Origin: Calditrichia bacterium
GTDB lineage: Bacteria; Calditrichota; Calditrichia; JAJRVZ01
Direction: 5' to 3'
Length of the DNA: 64,000 bases
NCBI GenBank assembly: GCA_963796965.1
Contig: CAWCNS010000009.1
Location: forward strand, 544,001-608,000
Made by a program: the position numbers and the translations under genes. Shown here in pieces: positions 29,462-40,433 of this stretch. The notes under the pieces were generated by a model, which saw nothing but the letters and a program-made list of their open reading frames with translations, ran no database searches and was not told the DNA's origin. Position 1 is the first letter of the stretch; every line of letters begins with the position of its first letter.

Positions 29462-32131
29462 CTATTTCACGAAGATCATCTTCCGAACTTGCTGAAAGGC
29501 CCCCGCCCTGAGTTTATAATAATAAATTCCGCTTGAAAAAGCACCCGCATTCCACTGCACCTGGTATTCTCCGGACTGTTGTTTTTCCGACACAAGCGTA
29601 GAGATCCGTTCGCCCAATAAATTATAGATGGCGACTTCCACGTAACTGGTAATTGGTAATTGGTAACTGATCATTGTAGAAGGATTGAATGGATTGGGAT
29701 AATTTTGAGCGAGAGAAAATTGCTTTGGGATATTATTAAATAAGACGTCATCGCTAATGGTAATTTTTTCTTCAGCGAAAAACGTCCCCAAAATATATTC
29801 AACATTTGCACGTAGCTGCATAGTGTTATAGCGGTAAGGCCGACCACTTATAAATACGAATTGACCTCCATCTTCTCTGTGGGTTCCTCCTTCAGTCGGG
29901 TCTTTCCACACCCCCAGTCCTCGCTCTATTTGAAAACTTGTAGTCTCCTTGAAGAGTAACTGGCTTTCTGGAGTCATTAAGTTTTTATCAAATAGAGCAT
30001 TGAGTGATTGAGATCCTGTCAGAGACATCGAACCCAATCCATTAAATGCGGACTGACAGCTATTAATTGTATTCATTGTCTGCTCTACCCAATCAATTCC
30101 AAGATAAGTCTTGAGCGGATCATTAATAAAATCTTGTCCCAATCTGGTCATAAGGAGAAGATTTCCGCCGGATTCCAGGTAAGACAAAATAGATGTTTTT
30201 TGCCAGGAAGTTAAATCTCCCTGATAATTATTACCGACCCAAACGACTGTAGAATATTTTCCAAGCACCTCAACAGGAATCGGACCATGTCCTTCCGGCT
30301 CAGGGAGAATTTGCGGATAGCCATCCACTGGAGGTTCAAAACAATCCCAAAATGAAATAGCATTTTCACCCCAAAAAGTCTTGTTTTCATAAGCCTCTCT
30401 GATTTCTGACCCATAAATATCGAAATTAACACCATTTACAACCAAAATACCTTTATCAAACGATGGATTGGTGATTTTTTCATAGACTGTTTTCAGCACC
30501 CAGTTCTCCCGGTCGATTTCCAGTTTTAGAGGCTCTGATCGAAGAGAAAAATTAAACTCCTGTGAAGCAAGGCTATCAATCACGACCAGAGTTGTTTCGC
30601 CATCAGCAGTGGTTACTGTAATATCTAAAGGCACCCAAAAAATATAATCGGTCTGTTTTTGATCCAAATGTAAAACAAGACTGTACTGATCCTTGCTCTT
30701 GGTTGATTCCCATGACACTGAATATATTGGAAATCCTTCTTCATAGACCCATTGATGAAAAAATTTATCCAGATTCACCCCAGATACATCTTCACAGACG
30801 GATTCAAAATCTTCAGTTGTGGCCGTCCCATATTGAAGGTGAGAATTATAATACGTTTTTATGGCTTTGAAAAAGACCTCCTCCCCGATAACATTCCGCA
30901 GCATATGAAGGATCCAGGATCCTTTTTTATAACTTAATCCCACATCAAAAATATTTTCTGTTTCAGGAGATTCAACATAAACAGTTCCCGGACCAAGATA
31001 ATAGTTTGCTGACATCTGATATTCACTGGCCGTACCTGGTCCATTCAAATATTCATACCAAAGGGATTCACAATATGATGCAAACCCCTCATTGAGCCAA
31101 ATATGATGAAAACTCTCACAGGTAATCATATTACCCCACCATTGATGAGCCAGTTCATGGGCAACGACCCATTCATTCCAAAAACCAAAACTGGAGCAGG
31201 TTTGATGTTCCATAGCACCTCCCCCTAAAAAATCAGCATGTCCATACTTTTCTGCGATAAAAGGATATTCTCCAAACAAATTTGCAAAGTGTGCAATCAT
31301 CTCCTTCGTTTTTCCGTTTAGTGATTTTAAATTTGCCTCATTTTCTTCAAACATATAAAAATGAATTTTCATTGTATCCCTTGTACCGTTGTATAAATAA
31401 TCATCATAGGAGACCTTATAGGGATGGATAGCGAGGGAGACCAAATAGGTTACGATGGGATAGGTTTCGTGCCACCAGAAGGTTGTATACCCTCCCGCCG
31501 ACACTTTCTCTTTTAACAATCCGTTTGAGACAACAATTAGCCCATTTGGAACCGTAACCTTTACATCGATAGAATCCGCTTTATCCGAGGGCACGTCTTT
31601 ACATGGCCACCAGGCCCGTGCGCCAAAGGGCTGGCTCAGCGTCCATATCATCGGTTGTCCACTTTTCTCACCAAAATCAAATGAATTGTAGGGTGAGTTT
31701 TGTGGCTCCCCCTCATAATTAATCTGAATTAAAACTTTTTCTCCATTGACATAACTACGATCCAATCCTACTGTAAGAATGTCATTATTATGAGAAGATC
31801 TTCTACCTGAAAATCCAACATCCGTAACAGACATACCTGACCAAAGATTTAACTCGATTGAATCGAGCCTTCCCTCAACAATCTGTAACCATATACTTAC
31901 ACTCCCGGTAAGATTTTTTTTTGTCGGATCTAGGTTCAATTCCAGAGAATAGTATAACACATCATAGGCCATTTGATTCTTGGTTGCCCCAGCCTCAGCC
32001 AATGCTACCTTTTCAAGAAGATATGATTTCTTACTGGCAAGTATATTCTTGAAGCTGTTTTCAAGAGGCACTTGAGCATATGACCCATGAACAATTATTA
32101 TAAATAGTAAACTGTAAACTACCTTTGCCAT
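29462..32131 (-). CDS. M1 family aminopeptidase with C-terminal secretion/sorting (T9SS-A-like) domain
   Basis: GAMEH, HELAHQWWG...WLNEGFA and YKKG; C-terminal LAQNYPNPFNP...SSGIYYYKL. Confidence 0.9.
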   Translation of the reverse strand: MAKVVYSLLFIIIVHGSYAQVPLENSFKNILASKKSYLLEKVALAEAGATKNQMAYDVLYYSLELNLDPTKKNLTGSVSIWLQIVEGRLDSIELNLWSGMSVTDVGFSGRRSSHNNDILTVGLDRSYVNGEKVLIQINYEGEPQNSPYNSFDFGEKSGQPMIWTLSQPFGARAWWPCKDVPSDKADSIDVKVTVPNGLIVVSNGLLKEKVSAGGYTTFWWHETYPIVTYLVSLAIHPYKVSYDDYLYNGTRDTMKIHFYMFEENEANLKSLNGKTKEMIAHFANLFGEYPFIAEKYGHADFLGGGAMEHQTCSSFGFWNEWVVAHELAHQWWGNMITCESFHHIWLNEGFASYCESLWYEYLNGPGTASEYQMSANYYLGPGTVYVESPETENIFDVGLSYKKGSWILHMLRNVIGEEVFFKAIKTYYNSHLQYGTATTEDFESVCEDVSGVNLDKFFHQWVYEEGFPIYSVSWESTKSKDQYSLVLHLDQKQTDYIFWVPLDITVTTADGETTLVVIDSLASQEFNFSLRSEPLKLEIDRENWVLKTVYEKITNPSFDKGILVVNGVNFDIYGSEIREAYENKTFWGENAISFWDCFEPPVDGYPQILPEPEGHGPIPVEVLGKYSTVVWVGNNYQGDLTSWQKTSILSYLESGGNLLLMTRLGQDFINDPLKTYLGIDWVEQTMNTINSCQSAFNGLGSMSLTGSQSLNALFDKNLMTPESQLLFKETTSFQIERGLGVWKDPTEGGTHREDGGQFVFISGRPYRYNTMQLRANVEYILGTFFAEEKITISDDVLFNNIPKQFSLAQNYPNPFNPSTMISYQLPITSYVEVAIYNLLGERISTLVSEKQQSGEYQVQWNAGAFSSGIYYYKLRAGAFQQVRKMIFVK

Positions 32132-32464
32132 TCACTCTCCGGAAATACGCTTTTATTTAGGATAAAAATTTATGCAACCTGTTTAATTCCTGACCCAATT
32201 ATACTTAAAAATAATATCGATTTCATTACTAAATCTTGGAGATCGCCTCATAGATCTGAATATTCTGCATTTTTCCTGAGCTTGGATGGATTTTCTCAAG
32301 AGTTCCATTTTTTAGATCTCGTTAAATCTTTCAAGCAACGAAAAAAACTGATAGGTACCGAGTGTAAAAGATACGAAATCAGCTTGGTCTGCAATTGTGT
32401 TCATTGTCATGGTTTTTACCTAAAAAAATTCATATAATTACATAACTCAACCTTAGAGGATGCA

Positions 32465-34959
32465 ATGAAGACTATCAAATTATTCTATAACCTTTGTGAT
32501 AATGATTTTTGTCACTGTTGGGATGTCTCAACCCTATGGGCTTAAAGAAAGAATACCAAACACCTCATTTATTATTTCTACAGTAGGAGATACATTAGCC
32601 GAGATGGCGTTAGAAAGAGTATACAGTCTCTATCTTTTAATAGTCCTGTTCATCTTACCAACGCCGCCGATGGAACTGACCGTATATTTGTTGTAGAAAA
32701 ATCCGGGATAATCAAAGTTTTTAATAACCAGGTTGATATCTCTTCTTCAAAAGTATTTTTAAATATCGCATCTAATGTAAATGCTACAAAGAGCGAGTCA
32801 GGCCTTCTCAGCATGGCTTTTCATCCACTCTTCCCTGACAGCAACAAGTTCTATGTCTATTACAATTTTGGAAATCTAAACACCCGAATCTCTGAATTTT
32901 CAGTATCTGAAGATATTGATCAGGCTGATCCAAATTCTGAGCGAATCATATTAGAACTTGCTCAACCTTATTCAAATCACAACGGGGGACAAATTGCTTT
33001 TGGCCCGGATGGGTATTTGTATATTGGTCTTGGTGACGGCGGAAGTGGAGAGGATCCGCTCGGAAACGGTCAAAACCGGATGACACTTCATGGGTCAATG
33101 TTGCGAATTGATATTGATCATTACAGCGCAGACGTACCTTATACCATTCCAGCAGATAATCCCTTTTTGGGAAACGTGAATCAATGGCGGGAGGAGATTT
33201 GGGCCTGGGGTTTGCGTAATCCCTGGCGATTTAGTTTTGACCGTCTTACAGGTCAACTATGGGCAGGAGATGTCGGGCAGTATCTTTGGGAAGAAGTGGA
33301 TATTATTGAAGGTGGAAAAAATTATGGCTGGAATGTCATGGAGGGATTTCATTGTTTTTCACCTGCGAGTGGATGTGATACCAGTGGATTGGTTTTACCA
33401 ATCGTCGAATATGATCATGATGCCGGCCGATCCATAACCGGTGGATTTGTCTATCGGGGCTCAAATCAATCTAGAGCTAGATGGTATATATATCTATGGT
33501 GATTATGCTTTAGGAACCATCTGGGGCCTGCGGTACGAAGATAGTAAAGTAATTGAGAACAAAATTATAGCAGAAAGCCCAATGGCTATTTCCAGTTTTG
33601 GGGAAGATGAAGCAGGAGAAGTTTATGTAGTCGGCTACTCTGGTTCGATTTACCGTTTTATCGAAAAGGAGGGGACCCCACCGACAAGTACTGTTCCTCA
33701 AACTATTGCCGAATCCGGATTATTTAAGAATATTGAAACATTAACCTTGGCCGATGGACTAATTCCCTATACCGTTAATGCCCAACTTTGGTCCGACAAT
33801 GCATTAAAAACCAGAATTCTTGCACTTCCGGATACCACAAAAGTTGAATTCTCACAAGAAGGAAACTGGAAGTTTCCACCAAATGCCGTGGTAGTCAAAA
33901 ACTTTTTTCTTGAAACTGAGCGTGGAAATCCGGAAAGCACAACAATCATCGAAACACGGTTTTTGGTAAGACATGCCAATAAGGAACAGTGGGATGGTTT
34001 TAGTTATCTCTGGAATGACAACAAACAGACGCCACGTTACTTGAGGGTAGTTACCTCCGGGAATTTATTATTAAAGAAGGAGACAGCTCCTATACACAAA
34101 ATTACTATTATCCAAGTCGCGCAGATTGTAAAGCCTGTCACACAGCCGCCTCGGGATTTATTTTGGGTCCTCGGACGGCACAATTGAACAAACAGCATTT
34201 ATATATGAGTGGATCTGATTCCGTGTGGGACAATCAGCTGCGTAGTTATAATAATATCCGTCTTTTTTCTAAAAACATTGGAGAAGATTATACAGATTTC
34301 CCCAAAATGCCTGATCCCTATGATAACTCAAAGAGTCTTGAAGTAAGAGCGCGATCTTATCTTGACGCCAATTGTTCAAATTGTCATCAACCCAAAAGTA
34401 GCGGACGAACCAATATGGATCTTCGTTTTAACATTCCCTTGGAAGCTGCCCATCTTATTGATATGCCTGCGGAAATCGATGATCTTGGCATTAGCAAGGG
34501 GCAGTAAGAATTAAACACGGTGCTGCTGATAGTTCGATCATTTTCCTTAGAATGCTGGATCTGGGTGAACATCGCATGCCCCCATTGGCAACATCTCTTA
34601 TCGACCAGAGTGGTACAAAACTAATCCGGGATTGGATTGACACCCTAGGCGTGGCTCTAGAATCTAGACAGAAGATCGACCATGGATTTACCAGAACAAT
34701 ACAATCTATTCCCTGCTTATCCAAATCCATTTAATCCCAACTACAATTATCAGATTATCAATTGCCCGTAATCAGTGATGTAGAATTACGTATTTTTAAT
34801 GTGCTTGGACAAAAGGTTGAGACGCTCGTTTCACAGAGACAACCAGCTGGAAAATATTATGTCCAATGGAATGCCAGTGGTTATGCAAGCGGAATTTATT
34901 ACTATCAATTGAGATCGGGCAATCGTATTCTAACCAGGAAAATGATATTGCTTAGATAA
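32465..34959 (+). CDS. PQQ-dependent glucose/sorbosone dehydrogenase fused to a diheme c-type cytochrome domain and C-terminal sorting domain (multiply frameshifted)
   Basis: NHNGGQIAFGPDGYLYIGLGDGG, GLRNPWRFSFD and SSFGEDEAGE; PYTVNAQLWSD, CKACH (about 34127-34141) and CSNCH; AYPNPFNP...SGIYYYQL tail; at least 6 frameshifts. Confidence 0.75.
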
Positions 34960-35082
34960 GGAAATATAGCCTACCGAAAGTATTACTTAGTTGTAAATAG
35001 TATCATCTACTCCCAATAGAGTTGATTTATTTGACAGGATAACAGGATCTACAGGACTTTATTTAAACGGTTTTTATATAGA

Positions 35083-35217
35083 GATTCCGAATTCCCGATC
35101 TCTGATCGGGAGAATGACAACAACGTCACCCTGAATCCTGACCTGTCGTCAGGACAGGTTTATTTCTCCCTCCAAAGGAGTCCCCCTTTGGGAGAAGGAG
35201 TACTTTGGACAGGATCT
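35083..35217. repeat. Nested miniature palindromic repeats
   Basis: GATTCCGAAT[TCCCGATCTCTGATCGGGA]GAATGAC and GTCACCCTGAAT[insert]TTTATTT[insert]CAGGATCT. Confidence 0.55.
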
Positions 35218-35294
35218 CCCCTCTTCATTAAAAATAATATTTTTAACTGAAGAGCGGAGATCCTGTCTAAAACTATATCTTGAATCAAATATAT

Positions 35295-36665
35295 CTATAT
35301 TTTGATCTCTGGTACAACAAACGGCTCACGATATTCACGTGTAAGGAGGCGACTGGCTTCTTCATCACCGATGATAACCTGCTTAACCGGATCAAAATTA
35401 ATTGTTCTGCCTACCCTGTATGCAATATTGGCCAGATGAATATTAGCACAGGTATAAAATCCTTCTTCTATTGGCGCGGTTAAGATACTTTTATCATCTG
35501 CACGGATAGCGTCTATATAATTTTGATAATGGTTACTGGTACCACTACCCGTTTGACCGGGCTCTCGATGTTTACCCATATAGGTTTTCCATTCGTTCAC
35601 CGTTTTTGTCATATAGCCTTCGGATCCATAAAATAAATTTCCAATAACATTTACATTACTGGTCATATAACCGCCTTCATCTTTTACATTGAATCCTTTG
35701 CTTAAATCACCCTCATTATTACAAATCCAATGCCGGACCTCAAACTGCATAATTTTCTTTTTTTCGCCACCACCTTTTTTATTTGGGAATTCCAATTGTG
35801 CCATCAGGACATTTGGCGTATTCTGATCATCATCAAACATAAAGTGGCCACCAATTGCACTTACTTTTGTGGGGAGTTTTACACCAAGCCCCCAGCGGGC
35901 GATATCAAATTCATGGACGCCCTGATTACCCATATCACCATTTCCATAATCCCAGTTCCAATGCCATTTATAATGAAAACGGTTTTGGGAAAATGGTCTC
36001 TTTGGTGCTGGTCCCGTCCAGAGATCATAATGAACGCCAGAAGGAACGGGCTCATCCGGTGTTTTACCAATTGTATCTCGCCATTTATAGCAAAGACCTT
36101 TTGCCAGATATACTTCTCCTAATTTTCCCGTGTGCAGGAAATCAGCCATAGTTTGTGCACAGGGATTACTACGTTGTTCCGCGCCATCCTGAATTAATTT
36201 CCCATATTTTTTGGCCGCTTTGACCAATTGCTGTCCTTCCCAGAAATTATGACAGCTCGGTTTTTCAACAGAAACATGTTTGCCTGCCTGAACGGACCAA
36301 ATGGATGCCAAGGTATGCCAGTGATTAGGAGTAACAATTGAAACCGCATCTATATCTTTGTCTTCCAACAATTTTCGAATGTCATGATATTCCTTGGGCT
36401 TGGGTAATCCCTTATCGATATAGTATTTCTGAACACGCTCCGGGAATAAATTTTCATCTACATCACAAAGGGCCATAACACTAACATTATCCAGATTTTG
36501 ATAGGCGCTTATATGACTTTTTCCCTGGCCACGAATTCCAATTACGGCAATATTAACCCTATCGTTTGCGCCGGCCCAGGACTTTGATGTACCCCATAAT
36601 AAGGGAGTTGCTGCTGTTGCCAATGCTGCTTTTTTGACAAATGATCTTCTCTTCATTGGATTCAT
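35295..36665 (-). CDS. Gfo/Idh/MocA family oxidoreductase with Tat signal
   Basis: RRSFVK twin-Arg; GIRGQG, TPNHWH, VEKP, YDLWTGPAP and GDMGNQGVH. Confidence 0.92.
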   Translation of the reverse strand: MNPMKRRSFVKKAALATAATPLLWGTSKSWAGANDRVNIAVIGIRGQGKSHISAYQNLDNVSVMALCDVDENLFPERVQKYYIDKGLPKPKEYHDIRKLLEDKDIDAVSIVTPNHWHTLASIWSVQAGKHVSVEKPSCHNFWEGQQLVKAAKKYGKLIQDGAEQRSNPCAQTMADFLHTGKLGEVYLAKGLCYKWRDTIGKTPDEPVPSGVHYDLWTGPAPKRPFSQNRFHYKWHWNWDYGNGDMGNQGVHEFDIARWGLGVKLPTKVSAIGGHFMFDDDQNTPNVLMAQLEFPNKKGGGEKKKIMQFEVRHWICNNEGDLSKGFNVKDEGGYMTSNVNVIGNLFYGSEGYMTKTVNEWKTYMGKHREPGQTGSGTSNHYQNYIDAIRADDKSILTAPIEEGFYTCANIHLANIAYRVGRTINFDPVKQVIIGDEEASRLLTREYREPFVVPEIKI

Positions 36666-36746
36666 AATCTATCTCCTTTTATAATAAATTTGAGCATTTA
36701 TATTTCTCTCGCAGAGGCACAAAGACGGAGAGTTAAAAACACTTCC

Positions 36747-37964
36747 TTACTTCTCGTAAATCACAAAGTGTCGAATAAATATATAAGCCAGGGGATGTAA
36801 AACACCCATCAGGATAAAAACCGGTATATAACCAAAATATTGCACCACAAAACCGGGAATTAATGCGGAAAGTAAGACCCCCCCAAATCCGCCTGCGAAA
36901 CCCGCAATGCCGGTTACAGATCCAACAGATTCCGATTTAAAACAATCACTGCACATAGTAAAAATATTAGCAGACCAGCTGTTGTGAGCCCCACAGGCAA
37001 CCCCAACCAAAATGATGGTTAACCAGGGATCATCTGCAAATACCGCATAAACAGTAAAAGGAAGAATTAATGCACTAAACATCATGGTTGTTTTCCGCGA
37101 TTTTTCCACCGACCAGCCATGCCTCATTAAATATCCGGGTATCCATCCACCAACAAATCCCATTAAGGTGGCAATGATGTAGATTAATGGTATGGCAAGA
37201 GCAATACCTTTTAAGTCAAATCCGCGTTGCGTGTTTAAATAGGTAGGCATCCAATATAAAAAAAACCACCATACTGGATCTGTTAGAAATTTGCCAATCA
37301 TGATTCCAATAGTTTGTTTTTGTTTTATCAGTTGGGACCATTCAATTTTAGACACCTTGGAGGGGATTTCTTTTGTAGGTGGTTTCCGGTAAAATATTTG
37401 CCAAAGTACGGCCAAAATTATTCCACTGGCTCCAAAGACTACAAAAGTAAGACGCCAGTCAAAGGTTGTCACAACAATAATGATGAGAGGTGCACCGATG
37501 ATTGATGAAATACTGGCACCACTATTGAAAAGAGCCGTGGCAAATGACCTTTTTTCCACTTTAAACCATTCTGAAACAGATTTTATCGCAGCCGGGAAAT
37601 TACCGGATGCAGATAATCCAAATATAGCCCGCCAGGCAGCAAGACAAAATCCGGAGGAACAAAATCCATGAAAAGCGCTGGATATCGACCAGGCAATGAT
37701 AGATAGAAGATAGCCAAGTTTTGTTCCTAATTTATCGATAACATATCCGAAACCGAGCAATCCGATTGTATAGGTAAATTGAAAGGAACCCAGAATTAAC
37801 CCATAGAGGACCGGACTAATGGCTATTTCTTTTTCAATCACAGGAAGGAGAACGGACAAAACGATACGATCAACATAGTTGATCGTAGTTCCTGCAAATA
37901 AGAGACTTAATACCAACCACTGGTAGTTGCTGTTTTTTTGATCCGGTATCTTTTTTTTAACCAT
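36747..37964 (-). CDS. MFS transporter (ExuT/hexuronate-like)
   Basis: TTINYVDR, NFPAAIKSVSEWF and KFLTDPVWWFFLYWMP. Confidence 0.88.
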   Translation of the reverse strand: MVKKKIPDQKNSNYQWLVLSLLFAGTTINYVDRIVLSVLLPVIEKEIAISPVLYGLILGSFQFTYTIGLLGFGYVIDKLGTKLGYLLSIIAWSISSAFHGFCSSGFCLAAWRAIFGLSASGNFPAAIKSVSEWFKVEKRSFATALFNSGASISSIIGAPLIIIVVTTFDWRLTFVVFGASGIILAVLWQIFYRKPPTKEIPSKVSKIEWSQLIKQKQTIGIMIGKFLTDPVWWFFLYWMPTYLNTQRGFDLKGIALAIPLIYIIATLMGFVGGWIPGYLMRHGWSVEKSRKTTMMFSALILPFTVYAVFADDPWLTIILVGVACGAHNSWSANIFTMCSDCFKSESVGSVTGIAGFAGGFGGVLLSALIPGFVVQYFGYIPVFILMGVLHPLAYIFIRHFVIYEK

Positions 37965-38031
37965 GCTAAAATTTAGATCTAATTGTCACAAGTTTCTAGT
38001 CAATTGGTATCTGATTCTTGATAATTGACCA

Positions 38032-39195
38032 TTAATATTTTCCATACTTTAATACAGTCTCATACATTGACACTATATTTTCCGGTGGTATATCGGCTTG
38101 AATATTGTGGATTGTATTAAAAATAAATCCACCTCCTGGCGCAAGCAATTCAATATTTTTTTTAACCTCATCTTGCACGGACTGAGGTGTACCATTGGGT
38201 AACGTGTCCTGTGTATCAACCCCTCCTCCCCAGAAAACAATATCGTTACCAAAGTCCTTTTTAAGTTCTCCGGGCTCCATTCCTTCGGCCCTTATATGAA
38301 CAGGATTAATGATATCAATTCCCATTTCAATAAAATCGGGTAATATGGGGCGGATATTGCCGCAAGAATGGAAAAATATCTTGGCTTTCGGCGCTTTTGA
38401 CTTCATCAACGAAATGAGTTCAACTTGTCTTGGTTTTATAATCTCTCTGAATGTATCACCTGATATAAGTTGAGATGTTTGGGTTCCAAAATCATCTGCT
38501 TCTGCAATAACATCGACCACATCTCCTAACTCAGCTAACGCCATCTCCCAAAAGTCCATCTTCACTTTTAATATTTTATCGAGTAATAGACCGGCATTTT
38601 CTTTATCCAAAAGAAGATCCATCAGACTATTCTCCATACCTCGTAAACGAATTGCCATTTCCAACAAACCGGCACAGATACTTTTTAAAAAAACAGGGTA
38701 TCCATTTTTACGGTATTCAATCGCCTGATCCCTCAATCCGGCAATCCGACGCCTCGCTCCCCCCTCCGGCCAGGAGAATTCATCAAGATAGGTCCTTGAC
38801 AGTGTTTTATCTATCATGGGGCTTAAATATAGATCATACCATATGCCTTCTTTTTTACTCAAACGATACCCTAAACCCCATTCATCTATATGGTGCAGGT
38901 ATTGACCATCATCCTCATCGGTAAAATCATTGGCATTCATCAATGGCCACAATCCGCGGACATCAATCCCAAATTTATTTAAAATATCATTATCAGGAAT
39001 ACAAATCTGTTGTATCCGGTCTGGTATCTCCGGTTCCATTCCCGGCAAACCTAGATAGGCGCGCAGATTTTTATAGGCAATTCGGGATATAGCGGTAACT
39101 TGTGTGGACGCCAAATCTATGGGTATACGATCCGGTTCCTGATGATTTAAAGCTGCTAACAACCGTTCTCTGGAATTCAATAATTTCTCCACCAA
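38032..39195 (-). CDS. Uroporphyrinogen decarboxylase-like (URO-D/CIMS) family protein
   Basis: SRERLLAALNHQEPDRIPIDL, DDFGTQ, HSCGN, FWGGGVDTQ and HNIQADIPPEN. Confidence 0.85.
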   Translation of the reverse strand: MVEKLLNSRERLLAALNHQEPDRIPIDLASTQVTAISRIAYKNLRAYLGLPGMEPEIPDRIQQICIPDNDILNKFGIDVRGLWPLMNANDFTDEDDGQYLHHIDEWGLGYRLSKKEGIWYDLYLSPMIDKTLSRTYLDEFSWPEGGARRRIAGLRDQAIEYRKNGYPVFLKSICAGLLEMAIRLRGMENSLMDLLLDKENAGLLLDKILKVKMDFWEMALAELGDVVDVIAEADDFGTQTSQLISGDTFREIIKPRQVELISLMKSKAPKAKIFFHSCGNIRPILPDFIEMGIDIINPVHIRAEGMEPGELKKDFGNDIVFWGGGVDTQDTLPNGTPQSVQDEVKKNIELLAPGGGFIFNTIHNIQADIPPENIVSMYETVLKYGKY

Positions 39196-39400
39196 GGTTA
39201 GAATGCTTTACTATGAACATAGAAAATTAGGAGGAGATATTCAATAATCCACTTAAATATTTAATTACCAGGCAAAGAATATAAAACGACCAACACCAAG
39301 TGTTAAGGACACAGTATTTAGTAATTAGAGCTTAGTAAATCCTGTCATCCTGTTAAAATATTTTCTATATTATTCTATACATAAAAGGTTAGGGTTTATT

Positions 39401-40232
39401 ATGAAGCATCATGAAGCATCATTCAAAGGATCGGGAGATTTGGACATCTATTATCAGAGTTGGGCACCCGATTCTGAAAGTCGTGCTATTATAGCATTGG
39501 TACATGGCATTGGAGAACATAGTGGACGATATATGAATGTGGTTAACCACTTTGTTCCTCTTGGTTATACCATTTATGGAATCGATCATCGGGGACACGG
39601 AAAATCAGAAGGGAAAAAAGGTCATGTGATGGCCTGGTCAGAATTCAGAGATGATATTCACACCTATATAAATACTGTTCAAAAAGAGTGTGTAGGACAA
39701 CCCGTATTTATTATGGGGCATAGCCTTGGGGGTCTTATAACCCTTGATTATTCTTTGCATCATCCTGGAGATATCAGAGCAGTCATTGTCTCTAGCCCGG
39801 CTTTCAGCTAAACCAGGTGTTCCTGCTATTCTTTTGTTAATAAGCAGAATCATGTCTAAAATCTGGCCCGGTTTAACCATTGAAACAAAATTGGATATAG
39901 AAGCAATATCCCGTGATCCTGATGTGGTTCAGGCCTATAAGGATGATCCTCTTGTGCACGGGTTGGCATCTGCCCGGTTGGGTACAGAGTTTGAACGCTG
40001 TCGGGTTTCCACCTTATCAAAAGCGAAGGATTTTGACCTGCCCCTGTTACTATATCATGGAAAAGATGATCGTATTGTACCTTCTGGTGGTAGTGTTGAT
40101 TTTTATAAAGCACTCTCCGTTAAAGATAAAGAGTTTCATCTGCTTGATGGCGGATTTCATGAGCCTCATAATGATATAGACAAAGATAAAGTATTTAGTA
40201 TTATTGATAAGTGGATCAGGATTCATATTTGA
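39401..40232 (+). CDS. Alpha/beta hydrolase (lysophospholipase/monoglyceride lipase), frameshift near 39808
   Basis: HGIGEHSGRY, DHRGHGKS, GHSLGG, HGKDDRIV and FHEPHND split across two overlapping ORFs. Confidence 0.85.
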
Positions 40233-40390
40233 GGATGTCCCTTACCAGTCCCTAATTGGCAGAATAAATTTCCGTAGAAGATTTTTATTTTGCCGGTATA
40301 CAATCCGGATTGTGGGGTCATACCATTGCCTTGACAGTTGTACACAAGACAAGATTATTTCAAGCACTCTTTACAGGACTGCGAACAAAG

Positions 40391-40419
40391 AGGGCTTTTA
40401 ACTGGTTGGTAAAAGCCCT
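40391..40419. terminator. Terminator hairpin downstream of the minus-strand small gene
   Basis: AGGGCTTTTA / TAAAAGCCCT 10-bp stem. Confidence 0.6.
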
Positions 40420-40433
40420 GATGCATGCACGGC

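Noticed and set aside
32190..32410. Possible decayed transposase (RAYT-like) fragment
   Set aside because: Only short interrupted frames with no HUH or catalytic Tyr motif; not supportable
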